From Lachnospiraceae bacterium (GTDB lineage: Bacteria; Bacillota; Negativicutes; Veillonellales; Megasphaeraceae), in contig CAVKOP010000001.1 in assembly GCA_963657835.1 (NCBI GenBank), positions 1-54,431 on the forward strand: a stretch of 54,431 nt of DNA, read 5' to 3'. How positions within the stretch are numbered: the first letter of the stretch is position 1; each line of letters starts with the position of its first letter. Positions 8,230-17,472 of this stretch are shown piece by piece. Position numbers and translations under genes: made by a program. A model generated the notes under the pieces. The model ran no database searches. It was given only the letters and a program-made list of their open reading frames with translations, and was not told the origin of the DNA.

Positions 8230-10527
8230 ATGAAAACGGAAGTCATTCGGCTTTTTGGCATCGTCCAGGGCGTCGGTTTTCGCCCCTTTGTCAGCCGAAC
8301 GGCTAAGACCTGCCGCATATATGGCAGCGTATGCAATAAAGGATCTTATGTCGAAGTGATTGCCCAAGGGGATGATGCGGCACGGCGGCAGTTTCATCAT
8401 GACCTGATTGCGAAAGCCCCGGCTCGTTCCAGCATCCTCAACGTATCGACTGCCATAGAAGACAGAAAGCCGTATACTGATTTTACGATTATAGAGAGTG
8501 CCAAGGAAAAAGGAGCCGTGTTTGTTTCGCCGGACATTGCCATTTGCGAGGAATGCAAAAAGGAATTATTTGATAAGACAAACCGGCGGTATCTGCATCC
8601 CTTCATCAACTGTACGGCATGCGGCCCGCGACTGACGATTCTCGATGCCATGCCCTATGACCGGGAACGGACGAGCATGGGGGAATTTCCCATGTGTGAT
8701 GCCTGCCATGAAGAATATACTCATCCGGAAACACGGCGGTACGACGCGCAGCCTGTCTGCTGTAATGACTGCGGCCCGGAGGTATATCTTTTGGGAAGAA
8801 AAGAACGGCGCAGAGAAGCTATCTGCAAGGCCCGAGAGGTGATTTGCCATGGCGGGATTATTGCCGTGAAGGGCATCGGCGGCTTTCACCTTTGCTGCGA
8901 TGCGGCCAATGATGACGCTGTACAACGGCTGCGTCAGCTGAAGCACCGTCCCGTCAAGCCGTTTGCCGTCATGATGAAAGACTTGGCCGCAGCCAAACGG
9001 GAATGTGTCGTTTCCCATGAACAGGCAGCACTGCTGGACGGACATGAAAAGCCGATTATGTTGCTGCGCAAACGAGCGCATACGTCGCTGTCTTCCTATA
9101 TTGCACCGGATAATCCCAACGTAGGGGTCATGCTGCCCTATACGCCGCTTCATTTGCTGCTGTTTACGTACGACGACGATTGGGTTATGCCGGACGCACT
9201 GGTCATGACCAGTGCCAATGCATCCGGTGCGCCGATTTGTCGTACCGATGAGGATGTCAAAACAGAAGTACTGGGGATGTGCGATCTTGTCTTGTCGCAT
9301 ACTCGTAAAATCCGGCTGCGTGCCGATGATTCGGTACTGGATTTTTATAACGGCAAACCGTATATGATACGGCGTTCCCGCGGCTATGCACCGCTGCCTT
9401 TTTTTGTAGGTACAGAAACGGGCAGACAGGTACTGGCCATTGGCGGTGAACTAAAAAACACGTTTTGTATCGGCAAAGACAATCTATATTACTTGTCCCC
9501 GTATATTGGCGATATGGCAGATATACGGACCGTTACGGCACTGCGTGAGTCGGTGACCCGTATGGAAACGTTGTTGGAAGCTTCACCATCTGTCGTAGCC
9601 TGTGACAGTCATCCCAGATACAATACGACAATAACAGCGCATGAATTAGGGCTTCCCGTCATAGAAGTACAGCATCATTATGCCCATGTTTTATCTTGTA
9701 TGGCAGAAAACGACTGCATCGATAGACCCGTTATTGGCGTATCGCTGGATGGAACCGGCTATGGAACTGATGAAACGATTTGGGGCGGCGAAATACTGTT
9801 GTGTGATATACACGGGTTTCGGCGCTGCGGCTCGATTGCGCCGTTTTGGCAGCGCGGCGGCGATGCATCGTCTAAAGAAGGATGGCGCATTGCTGTCAGC
9901 ATGATTGCGCAACTTGTGAAAGAACCGTCTGACATAGCAGCTGTCGTTCAGCAGCTGCAGCTTTGCGACGAGGTTAATTTGCAGGCTCAGCTGTTTATGG
10001 CTGCTAATCAGATTAACAGCGTTCGTTCTACCAGTACCGGACGGCTCTTTGATGCCGTAAGTGCCATTTTGGGGCTGTGCCGGGCGTCTACCTTTGAAGG
10101 GGAAGGTGCCATGAGGCTGCAATTTGCGGCAGAACGCGGCAAGGATACGGCAGAAGTGCTTTCGCTGGATATAGGCGCGGGGCAGATGCAGGACGCGCGC
10201 TATATACTGCCTACGGATAGATTGGTACAGGAACTGCTGCAGCGGCGTTTGCAGGGAGAAGACGTATCCCTGCTGGCGTATCAGTTTCACGATGCCTTGG
10301 CAAAGATGCTGGTGCAGGCCTGTGAACGGGTACGGGAAGAAACGCACTGCCAAACTGTAGCACTCAGCGGCGGCGTATTTCAAAACACGCTGCTGCTGCG
10401 TTTATGTGATGATAGGCTGCAAGGACGGGAATTTACGGTACTGAAGCATAGCTTGGTGCCGCCCAATGACGGCGGCATTGCCTTGGGACAGGCTGTATAT
10501 GCTATGTATAACAAAGGAGGAATTTGA
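8230..10527 (+). CDS. hypF: Carbamoyltransferase HypF
   Basis: Acylphosphatase GIVQGVGFRPFV, two zinc fingers (CEEC..CTACGPR; CDAC..CNDCGP), YrdC KGIGGFHL, Kae1 QHHYAH and PPNDGGIALGQ. Confidence 0.96.
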   Translation: MKTEVIRLFGIVQGVGFRPFVSRTAKTCRIYGSVCNKGSYVEVIAQGDDAARRQFHHDLIAKAPARSSILNVSTAIEDRKPYTDFTIIESAKEKGAVFVSPDIAICEECKKELFDKTNRRYLHPFINCTACGPRLTILDAMPYDRERTSMGEFPMCDACHEEYTHPETRRYDAQPVCCNDCGPEVYLLGRKERRREAICKAREVICHGGIIAVKGIGGFHLCCDAANDDAVQRLRQLKHRPVKPFAVMMKDLAAAKRECVVSHEQAALLDGHEKPIMLLRKRAHTSLSSYIAPDNPNVGVMLPYTPLHLLLFTYDDDWVMPDALVMTSANASGAPICRTDEDVKTEVLGMCDLVLSHTRKIRLRADDSVLDFYNGKPYMIRRSRGYAPLPFFVGTETGRQVLAIGGELKNTFCIGKDNLYYLSPYIGDMADIRTVTALRESVTRMETLLEASPSVVACDSHPRYNTTITAHELGLPVIEVQHHYAHVLSCMAENDCIDRPVIGVSLDGTGYGTDETIWGGEILLCDIHGFRRCGSIAPFWQRGGDASSKEGWRIAVSMIAQLVKEPSDIAAVVQQLQLCDEVNLQAQLFMAANQINSVRSTSTGRLFDAVSAILGLCRASTFEGEGAMRLQFAAERGKDTAEVLSLDIGAGQMQDARYILPTDRLVQELLQRRLQGEDVSLLAYQFHDALAKMLVQACERVREETHCQTVALSGGVFQNTLLLRLCDDRLQGREFTVLKHSLVPPNDGGIALGQAVYAMYNKGGI

Positions 10528-10528
10528 T

Positions 10529-10735
10529 ATGTGCGTAGGATTACCGGCACGGGTAGTAACGATAAAAAACGGTATGGCATTGGTGGATGCATCGGGAGCC
10601 AAGCGGGAAGTATCCGCTGAACTGATGGACCATTTGGATCCCGGTGACTATGTCATGGTACATGCAGGCATGGCGATTGCCAAAATAACCGATGACGATA
10701 CAGAGGAAACGGATGACATCTTGGAGGATTTATGA
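10529..10735 (+). CDS. hypC: Hydrogenase maturation chaperone HypC/HupF
   Basis: True start ATG 10529 (GGAGG RBS) gives the MCVGLP N-terminus; GDYVMVHAGMAI. Confidence 0.95.
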   Translation: MCVGLPARVVTIKNGMALVDASGAKREVSAELMDHLDPGDYVMVHAGMAIAKITDDDTEETDDILEDL

Positions 10736-11793
10736 TGGAAATGAAGAAAAAACGGACGGCACTGGAAATTATTCGACAGTATGACGGGCCGCCGATTCGC
10801 ATCATGGAAGTCTGCGGCACCCATACACATGAAATTTTCCGCCTTGGCATCCGACAGATTCTGCCGCCGCAAGTGGACTTGATTTCCGGGCCGGGGTGTC
10901 CTGTCTGCGTGACGCCGGTTGATTTTATTGATGAAGCTGTCTGGCTGGCACTGCACAAGGGCGTGACAATTTGCACCTTTGGTGATTTGGTTCGTGTTCC
11001 CGGCTCAGAAATGAGTTTGGCTGGCGCACGCAGCCAGGGCGCCCATATAGAAGTCGTTTATGCGCCGCTGGATGCTTTGACCTATGCGAAAGAACACCGT
11101 GATGAAGATGTTGTCTTTTTATCTGTCGGCTTTGAAACGACGACGCCGGCAAGTTGTCTGGCTGTCAAAAAAGCAAGAGAAGAAGGCATTGCGAATTTTT
11201 CTATCCTTACAGCCAATAAAACGATGCCGCAGGCTTATGAAGTCCTGAAAGGCAGTGCCGATGTGTTTTTATATCCCGGTCATGTAGAAGCTGTCGTGGG
11301 AACCAGACATTGCGAGGCGTTGGTACAGGAAGGTATATCCGGCGTAGTAGCTGGCTTTACGGCCAAAGAGCTGCTGACCGCCCTGGCTGTTATTATGGTA
11401 AAATTTCCCCAGGGCAAACCGTTTTTTAAAAATTGCTATCCCCGTGTGGTTACGGCAGCGGGAAGCCTGGCAGGACAACAGCTGATGGCTGAAGTGATGG
11501 AACCGTGCGATTCGCAGTGGCGCGGCCTGGGCATGATACGGCAGTCCGGCATGCGGCTGCAGTCGGCGTATGCGGCGTATGATGCCCGCAAAAAATATGA
11601 GGTTCCTTGTATGCATGGGCATGCCAATCCGGCCTGCCGCTGCGGCGATGTGCTGCAGGGAAAATGCAGACCGTCAGACTGCCCTGTGTTTGGCAAAGGC
11701 TGTACACCGGAGCATCCTGTAGGAGCCTGCATGGTATCTCATGAAGGAGCCTGCTCGGCATATTATCAATATGGAGGAATTTTACATGAATGA
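10732..11793 (+). CDS. hypD: Hydrogenase maturation protein HypD
   Basis: MEVCGTHTH, GPGCPVC, GFETT, PGHV and the C-terminal CRC...CPVFGKGCTP...GACMVSHEGAC. Confidence 0.96.
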   Translation: MMEMKKKRTALEIIRQYDGPPIRIMEVCGTHTHEIFRLGIRQILPPQVDLISGPGCPVCVTPVDFIDEAVWLALHKGVTICTFGDLVRVPGSEMSLAGARSQGAHIEVVYAPLDALTYAKEHRDEDVVFLSVGFETTTPASCLAVKKAREEGIANFSILTANKTMPQAYEVLKGSADVFLYPGHVEAVVGTRHCEALVQEGISGVVAGFTAKELLTALAVIMVKFPQGKPFFKNCYPRVVTAAGSLAGQQLMAEVMEPCDSQWRGLGMIRQSGMRLQSAYAAYDARKKYEVPCMHGHANPACRCGDVLQGKCRPSDCPVFGKGCTPEHPVGACMVSHEGACSAYYQYGGILHE

Positions 11794-12790
11794 TGTAGTA
11801 ACACTGGCGCATGGCGCCGGCGGCAGACAGACTGCCGAATTAATCGATACGGTATTTAAAGCACATTTTGCCAATCCTCAGTTTACTGGTGATGATGCGG
11901 CAGTTCTGCCTTTTGGCGATACCCGTTTGGCATTTACTACGGACGGCTTCATCGTGTCGCCGCCGGAATTTCCCGGAGGCAATATTGGCAAGCTGAGTAT
12001 TTGCGGTACTGTGAACGATTTGGCTTGTATGGGAGCTCAGCCCCTGTATCTGTCCTGTGCGTTTGTCATTGAAGAAGGCTTTCCGCTGGCTAAAGTAGAA
12101 GAATATGCGGCAGCCATGGAAAAAACAGCAGCGGAAGCAGGTGTGCGCATTGTAGCCGGTGATACCAAAGTTGCCGGCAAGGGGCAAGTAGACCATCTGT
12201 TTATTACGACGACGGGCATTGGCCGTATTATGGACGGCGTGCATACATCAGGAGCCCAGGCCAAGCCGGGCGATGCTGTCATTGTGACCGGCGACGTAGG
12301 ACGCCATGGCTGTACGATACTGCTGGCCCGTAATCAGTTTGGCATTGATGCCAATGTCACGAGTGACTGTGCGCCTTTATGGGGAACCGTTCAGTCCATG
12401 TTGGAAACAACGAAGGACATTCACGTCATTCGAGATGCGACCCGCGGCGGCGTCGGCACGGTTTTGTATGAAATCGCCGGACAGAGCCAGGTTGGCATTC
12501 GGCTGGACAGTCAGGCCGTTCCTGTAGATTCATCGGTGCGCGGCGTATGCGGCATGTTGGGACTGGAACCACTGTATTTAGCGTGCGAAGGCCGTTTGGT
12601 CGTCTTTGCGCCGAAAGATAAGGCCCAGGCTATTGTCGATACACTGCATAAAGGACCCTATTCAAAACAGGCGGCCATTATTGGCGAAGTCACGGCGGAA
12701 CAGCCGGGCCGCGTTATTGTACGGACTGAAATTGGCGCAAAAACGTTGCTGCCGCCGCCGGGCGGTGAATTGCTGCCCCGTATTTGTTAG
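11786..12790 (+). CDS. hypE: Carbamoyl dehydratase HypE
   Basis: LAHGAGG, DDAA, GTVNDL, GDTKV, RDATRGG and C-terminal PRIC; start ATG 11786 after GGAGG. Confidence 0.96.
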   Translation: MNDVVTLAHGAGGRQTAELIDTVFKAHFANPQFTGDDAAVLPFGDTRLAFTTDGFIVSPPEFPGGNIGKLSICGTVNDLACMGAQPLYLSCAFVIEEGFPLAKVEEYAAAMEKTAAEAGVRIVAGDTKVAGKGQVDHLFITTTGIGRIMDGVHTSGAQAKPGDAVIVTGDVGRHGCTILLARNQFGIDANVTSDCAPLWGTVQSMLETTKDIHVIRDATRGGVGTVLYEIAGQSQVGIRLDSQAVPVDSSVRGVCGMLGLEPLYLACEGRLVVFAPKDKAQAIVDTLHKGPYSKQAAIIGEVTAEQPGRVIVRTEIGAKTLLPPPGGELLPRIC

Positions 12791-12818
12791 AAACTAGCGG
12801 TTGGAAAGGTGGGATTGG

Positions 12819-13574
12819 ATGATAAAAATAGCTGTTTATGGAAAAGGCGGCATTGGCAAATCGACGACGGTTTCCAATATGGCGGCTGCCCTGGCAGAAA
12901 ACGGGCTGCAGGTCATGCAGATTGGCTGCGACCCGAAAGCCGACTCGACAGTCAGTCTGCGCGGCGGCCAGCCGGTACAAACGGTACTCGATTTGATGCG
13001 GCAGCAAAAGAAGGCATTTTCTCTGGAAGACATTGTGGCTGTCGGCTATCGCAATATTGTCTGTGTAGAGGCCGGCGGCCCGGCACCGGGAATGGGCTGT
13101 GCCGGACGTGGCATTATTGCCGCTTTGGAAACGTTAAAAGAAAAAGGCGCCTATGAAGTATATCGGCCTGATGTGGTGTTTTATGATGTATTGGGAGATG
13201 TGGTCTGCGGCGGTTTTTCTATGCCGATGCGAAAGGGATATGCTGACGCTGTTTTTATCGTCACGTCCGGAGAAAATATGGCACTGCACGCAGCAGCCAA
13301 CATTGCCATGGCGGTAGATCACTTTAAACAGCGGAGCTATGCGCGTCTTGGCGGCCTGATTTTAAATCGTCGCCATGTACCTCGTGAAGAAGAAAAAGTA
13401 CAAGAATTGGCAGCGGATATTCACGCGTCGGTTATCGGTGCATTGAACCGCAGTGATGTCGTTTTAAAAGCGGAAGAACTGGGAAAAACGGTTTTGGAAG
13501 CCTTTCCGGATAGTCCCATGGCGGACGAATATCGAACGCTGGCGCAGGCTGTCTATCAGGAAGCAATGAGGTGA
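12819..13574 (+). CDS. Nitrogenase iron-protein-like ATPase/reductase, copy 2
   Basis: [32 protein letters not shown] and [14 protein letters not shown]. Confidence 0.92.
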   Translation: MIKIAVYGKGGIGKSTTVSNMAAALAENGLQVMQIGCDPKADSTVSLRGGQPVQTVLDLMRQQKKAFSLEDIVAVGYRNIVCVEAGGPAPGMGCAGRGIIAALETLKEKGAYEVYRPDVVFYDVLGDVVCGGFSMPMRKGYADAVFIVTSGENMALHAAANIAMAVDHFKQRSYARLGGLILNRRHVPREEEKVQELAADIHASVIGALNRSDVVLKAEELGKTVLEAFPDSPMADEYRTLAQAVYQEAMR

Positions 13575-13578
13575 TGCT

Positions 13579-14910
13579 ATGCTGCAGCAAATGGGAAAGC
13601 AAACAAAAGAAACAAAGGCTGTCATACCGATAAAGGATGCTTCATTTCCGGCATTCTTTTATGATGGACTGCAGTATTCACCGCCTGCCAGAGGAACATG
13701 GAATATTGTGCATACGAATATGCTGGTCCCCGAATCCCACCAGATTTATATTTGCGCGTTAGGCTGTCTGCGCGGCGTTGTTTTGACTGCTGCTGAAATG
13801 GGCGCCATGAATCGGTTTTCGTCTATCGTCGTTGAAGAACATCATTTATATGACGGCACCATGGAAGACATGATCGTGCAGGCTGTAGGAGAGATTTTAA
13901 ACGGCCTGCGTCCTTATGTGCCCAGGGCTTGTTTTGTCTATCCGTCCTGCATTCATCATTTTATGGGATGCGATATGGATGACGTGTATCGGCGGCTGCG
14001 GGAAACTTATACGCAGACGCAATTTGTCGCTTGCTGGATGGACCCCATCCGGCGGGAATCCGATTTGACGGCAGAAATGCGGACACGGCGGCAGTTGTAC
14101 AGCCTGCTGCAAAAAACGGCCCTGCGTCCCGGCGATGTCAATATTGTTGGCAGTAATCTGGCTGTTCAGAAAGAGTGTGAACTCCTGTCTCTGCTGCAGC
14201 ATAACGGTATTGCCGTACATCAGCTGCCAGCCTGTGACACCTATGAAGCGTATGAAGCGATGGCTGCCAGTAGGTTGAATATCGGGCAGGAACCGCTGGC
14301 TAAAGGATGTTTGACGGATATGAAAGAACGGCTGGGACAAGAATCGTTATATATATCCAGTACTTGGGATATGGAAGAGATAGAAAAAAATTTGCAGGCT
14401 GTGGCTTCGTGCCTGCATATAGCATGCCCTTCGTATGCCGCAGAAAAAAAACAGTGTGAAAAGGCGTTGGCGCAGGCACGGCTTTGTTTGGGAGCAATGC
14501 CGATTGCCATTGATTATACGGCTGTAATGCGTCCCTTCAGCTTGGCCTGCTTGCTGCTAAAGCATGGCTTTTTGGTAGAACGAATCTATGCGGATGGGGC
14601 CAACCCGGAAGATGAAGCGGACTTTTACTGGATACAGTCGCACTATCCGCAGCTGCAGCTGTATGCAACGCGGCATGCCGATATGCGCTGTCTGGCCCGT
14701 ACGACGGAAGGGCCTATGCTGGCTATAGGGCAAAAAGCAGCGTATTTTACAGGCACCAGGCATTTTGTCAATATCGTAGAAGGCGGCGGCCTGCGTGATT
14801 ATGCCGGTATTTTACGGCTGACAGCGCTGCTGCAGGAAGCCTATCATACAGAAAAAGAAGCCAAGCCGTATATCAGCCGCAAAGGATGGGGGTGCGCTTC
14901 ATGTTTATGA
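13579..14910 (+). CDS. Nitrogenase component-1-like subunit, alpha-like copy 2
   Basis: ICALGCLRG, YPSCIHHFMGCD and VNIVG; AIGQKAAYF parallels TIGKDAAYY of copy 1. Confidence 0.8.
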   Translation: MLQQMGKQTKETKAVIPIKDASFPAFFYDGLQYSPPARGTWNIVHTNMLVPESHQIYICALGCLRGVVLTAAEMGAMNRFSSIVVEEHHLYDGTMEDMIVQAVGEILNGLRPYVPRACFVYPSCIHHFMGCDMDDVYRRLRETYTQTQFVACWMDPIRRESDLTAEMRTRRQLYSLLQKTALRPGDVNIVGSNLAVQKECELLSLLQHNGIAVHQLPACDTYEAYEAMAASRLNIGQEPLAKGCLTDMKERLGQESLYISSTWDMEEIEKNLQAVASCLHIACPSYAAEKKQCEKALAQARLCLGAMPIAIDYTAVMRPFSLACLLLKHGFLVERIYADGANPEDEADFYWIQSHYPQLQLYATRHADMRCLARTTEGPMLAIGQKAAYFTGTRHFVNIVEGGGLRDYAGILRLTALLQEAYHTEKEAKPYISRKGWGCASCL

Positions 14911-16118
14911 GAGAAGCCGTAAGCCGCATTGCAACGTATTCTGCGGACACATTTGGCGTCTGCTCGGCGTTGTTTGAACTGGGCGGCATGATTGTCATTC
15001 ATGACCCGTCGGGATGCAATTCGACGTATACGACGCATGATGAGCCGCGCTGGTATGAAAGAGACAGTTTAATTTTTATTTCCGGCCTGACTGAAATGGA
15101 TGCCCTCATGGGAAATGATGAAAAATTGGTTCATGATGTTATCGAAGGAGCTCGGCAGTTTTCCCCTCGTTTTATCGTCTTGTTGTGTACGCCTGTGCCC
15201 TTGATGATGGGGACTGATTTTCCGGCCTTGGCACAGGAAATTGAAGATGCCACAGGCATTCCGACGTTTGCAGGTACGACAAACAGCATGGAAACCTACG
15301 AAATAGGGATTTCTTGGGCATTGCAGCTGCTGGCAAACCACATCGTCAAAGAGAATCCTATTTCAGCCTCCGGTCATTTTTGCTGTTCTTGGCAGCCGAC
15401 CTTTGCGTCACAAAGTAAAAAGGCGATTCCAGTTAATGTCATAGGGATGACGCCTCTTGATTTTGCGTATCAGGGCAGTGAAAAAACGATACGGCGGTTT
15501 CTTGCGAAACAGGGATTTTCTGTGCGTAGTATTTGGGCTATGGGCAGCCGCCTGGAAGAAATTGAAATGGCAGGACAGGCTAAAGTCAATCTAGTCGTTT
15601 CCTATGGGGGGCAGGAAGCGGCAAACGTAATGAAAGAGCGGTTTGGCCAGCCGTATGTAGTCGGGGTGCCTATCGGATCGTTTCAAGACACGGTGCGTCA
15701 GGCATTGCTGCAGGCCGTACATACAGGAGAAAATCAGTATCCGTGTTTGCAGCGGACTAGTGCCGAGGACGCGAACCTTGCCATTATTGGTGAAAGTGTG
15801 TATGCGGCATCCTTGGCAGCTGCGTTGGAAATGGCTGTCGGCGTGCCTGTGCAGGTGCTGTGCCCGTTGGAACCGGCTGAAAAGACACTGCAGGAAACAG
15901 ACTGCCGCATTGCGTCCGAACAGGAACTGCAGGCGTGCTTGAGGGAAAAAGACATCATTATAGCTGACCCATTATATCAGCCTGTTTGTCCTGCTCGGAG
16001 CCGTGTAGTACCGTTGGGACACGAAGCATTTTCCGGCCGCATATACCAGCATGAAATTCCTGATTTGATGAAGCCGGAAATATTTGCTGAATTTGTAAAA
16101 CAAGTAAAAGGGGTGTAA
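14901..16118 (+). CDS. Nitrogenase component-1-like subunit, beta-like copy 2
   Basis: ADTFGV, HDPSGCNSTY, DEPRW, EMDALMG and CTPVPLMMGTD; start could be 14886, 14901 or 14907. Confidence 0.82.
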   Translation: MFMREAVSRIATYSADTFGVCSALFELGGMIVIHDPSGCNSTYTTHDEPRWYERDSLIFISGLTEMDALMGNDEKLVHDVIEGARQFSPRFIVLLCTPVPLMMGTDFPALAQEIEDATGIPTFAGTTNSMETYEIGISWALQLLANHIVKENPISASGHFCCSWQPTFASQSKKAIPVNVIGMTPLDFAYQGSEKTIRRFLAKQGFSVRSIWAMGSRLEEIEMAGQAKVNLVVSYGGQEAANVMKERFGQPYVVGVPIGSFQDTVRQALLQAVHTGENQYPCLQRTSAEDANLAIIGESVYAASLAAALEMAVGVPVQVLCPLEPAEKTLQETDCRIASEQELQACLREKDIIIADPLYQPVCPARSRVVPLGHEAFSGRIYQHEIPDLMKPEIFAEFVKQVKGV

Positions 16119-16123
16119 CGCAT

Positions 16124-17323
16124 ATGGGATTCAATGATACGCCGTCAGGGGAACGGATTCATATTGGCTTTTTTGGACGCCGCAATGCTGGCAAGTCCAG
16201 TGTCGTCAACGCAGTTACCGGACAAAGTCTGGCTATTGTATCCGATACGAAAGGAACGACGACCGACCCGGTTTATAAAGCGATGGAACTGCTGCCGTTG
16301 GGGCCGGTAGTGATTATCGATACGCCGGGGTTTGATGATGTCGGCTCGTTAGGGGCCCTGCGCGTGCAAAAGACCAAAGAGGTGCTGCATAAAACAGACA
16401 TTGCCGTACTGGTCATTGATGCAGCAGAGGGCATGACGCAGAGCGATACGGATATACTGCAGCTTATTCGGGAACGGCAAATCCCGTATTTAATTGTCTA
16501 TAATAAAGCGGACTGCCTTGCCAGTCATGCCAAGGCGGCCCAGAATGAAATATATGTCAGCGCATTGTCGAAGCAGGGCATTACAGCACTAAAAGAACGA
16601 TTGGCCCGGCTGAAGCCCCAAGAAACATCTGTGCCGCTTGTCAGTGATTTAATTCATGCCGGTGATTTTGTCGTACTTGTCGTGCCTATCGACTCGGCAG
16701 CTCCCAAGGGCCGGCTTATCTTGCCGCAGCAGCAGACGATTCGAGACGTGTTGGATGCAGACTGCACGGCTGTCGTCGTTAAAGAAAATGAGCTGCGCCG
16801 TACGTTAGCTCAACTGGGAAAACAGCCGGCCTTAGTTATTACGGACAGCCAGGCCTTTGCCAGTGTATCTAACGATACGCCGCAGGATATTTTATTGACG
16901 TCATTCTCTATTTTGATGGCCCGACATAAGGGATTTTTAGAAGAAGCCGTTCATGGCGTAACTGCGCTGGACCGGCTGCAGGACGGCGATACCGTTCTCA
17001 TTTCGGAAGGCTGCACACATCATCGGCAGTGTGAAGATATTGGTACGGTAAAACTGCCTCGTTGGATTCATGAATATACAGGGAAAACGATTCAAATTGA
17101 AACGACAAGCGGTCGGGAATTTCCGGTAGACCTGTCTTCCTATGCCATGGTCATTCACTGCGGCGGCTGCATGCTCAATGGTCGGGAAATGCAGTTTCGC
17201 ATGCAGCATGCTCATGCCCAGGGCATTCCGATTACCAATTACGGCATCACCATTGCTTATATGAAGGGCATTTTAAAACGGAGTTTACGTGTATTTCCTT
17301 CATTGGCTGCGTTGATTCCCTGA
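16124..17323 (+). CDS. hydF: [FeFe]-hydrogenase H-cluster maturation GTPase HydF
   Basis: GRRNAGKSS, GTTTDPV, DTPG and NKAD GTPase motifs; APKGRLILPQ, TDSQAF; cluster motif CTHH...HCGGC. Confidence 0.95.
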   Translation: MGFNDTPSGERIHIGFFGRRNAGKSSVVNAVTGQSLAIVSDTKGTTTDPVYKAMELLPLGPVVIIDTPGFDDVGSLGALRVQKTKEVLHKTDIAVLVIDAAEGMTQSDTDILQLIRERQIPYLIVYNKADCLASHAKAAQNEIYVSALSKQGITALKERLARLKPQETSVPLVSDLIHAGDFVVLVVPIDSAAPKGRLILPQQQTIRDVLDADCTAVVVKENELRRTLAQLGKQPALVITDSQAFASVSNDTPQDILLTSFSILMARHKGFLEEAVHGVTALDRLQDGDTVLISEGCTHHRQCEDIGTVKLPRWIHEYTGKTIQIETTSGREFPVDLSSYAMVIHCGGCMLNGREMQFRMQHAHAQGIPITNYGITIAYMKGILKRSLRVFPSLAALIP

Positions 17324-17472
17324 GTGAGAAGACGGTAACGTACTTGTGGGAAGCGGCATCTATTGTAAAAATAAAATGTATCTAAAATGAGAAAACAATA
17401 CCATGACTAACATTAAAATATTAAGATAATATCACTATAAATGGCCAAAACAAGAGAAGTTGACTTTAAATA

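Noticed and set aside
5133..16118. Calling the cluster a true nitrogenase (nifHDK/nifEN)
   Set aside because: Subunits are short, the FeMo-co Cys and most P-cluster Cys are missing, and there is no nifB or other nif accessory gene in the window.
5133..16118. DPOR/COR (bchLNB/XYZ), CfbCD or methylthio-alkane reductase
   Set aside because: No tetrapyrrole, F430 or marB/sulfur-salvage context, and the ligand distribution differs from each as far as I can align by eye.
4872..17323. Operon as a recently acquired mobile island
   Set aside because: No integrase, transposase, tRNA or flanking direct repeats seen; composition looks like neighbouring genes by eye.
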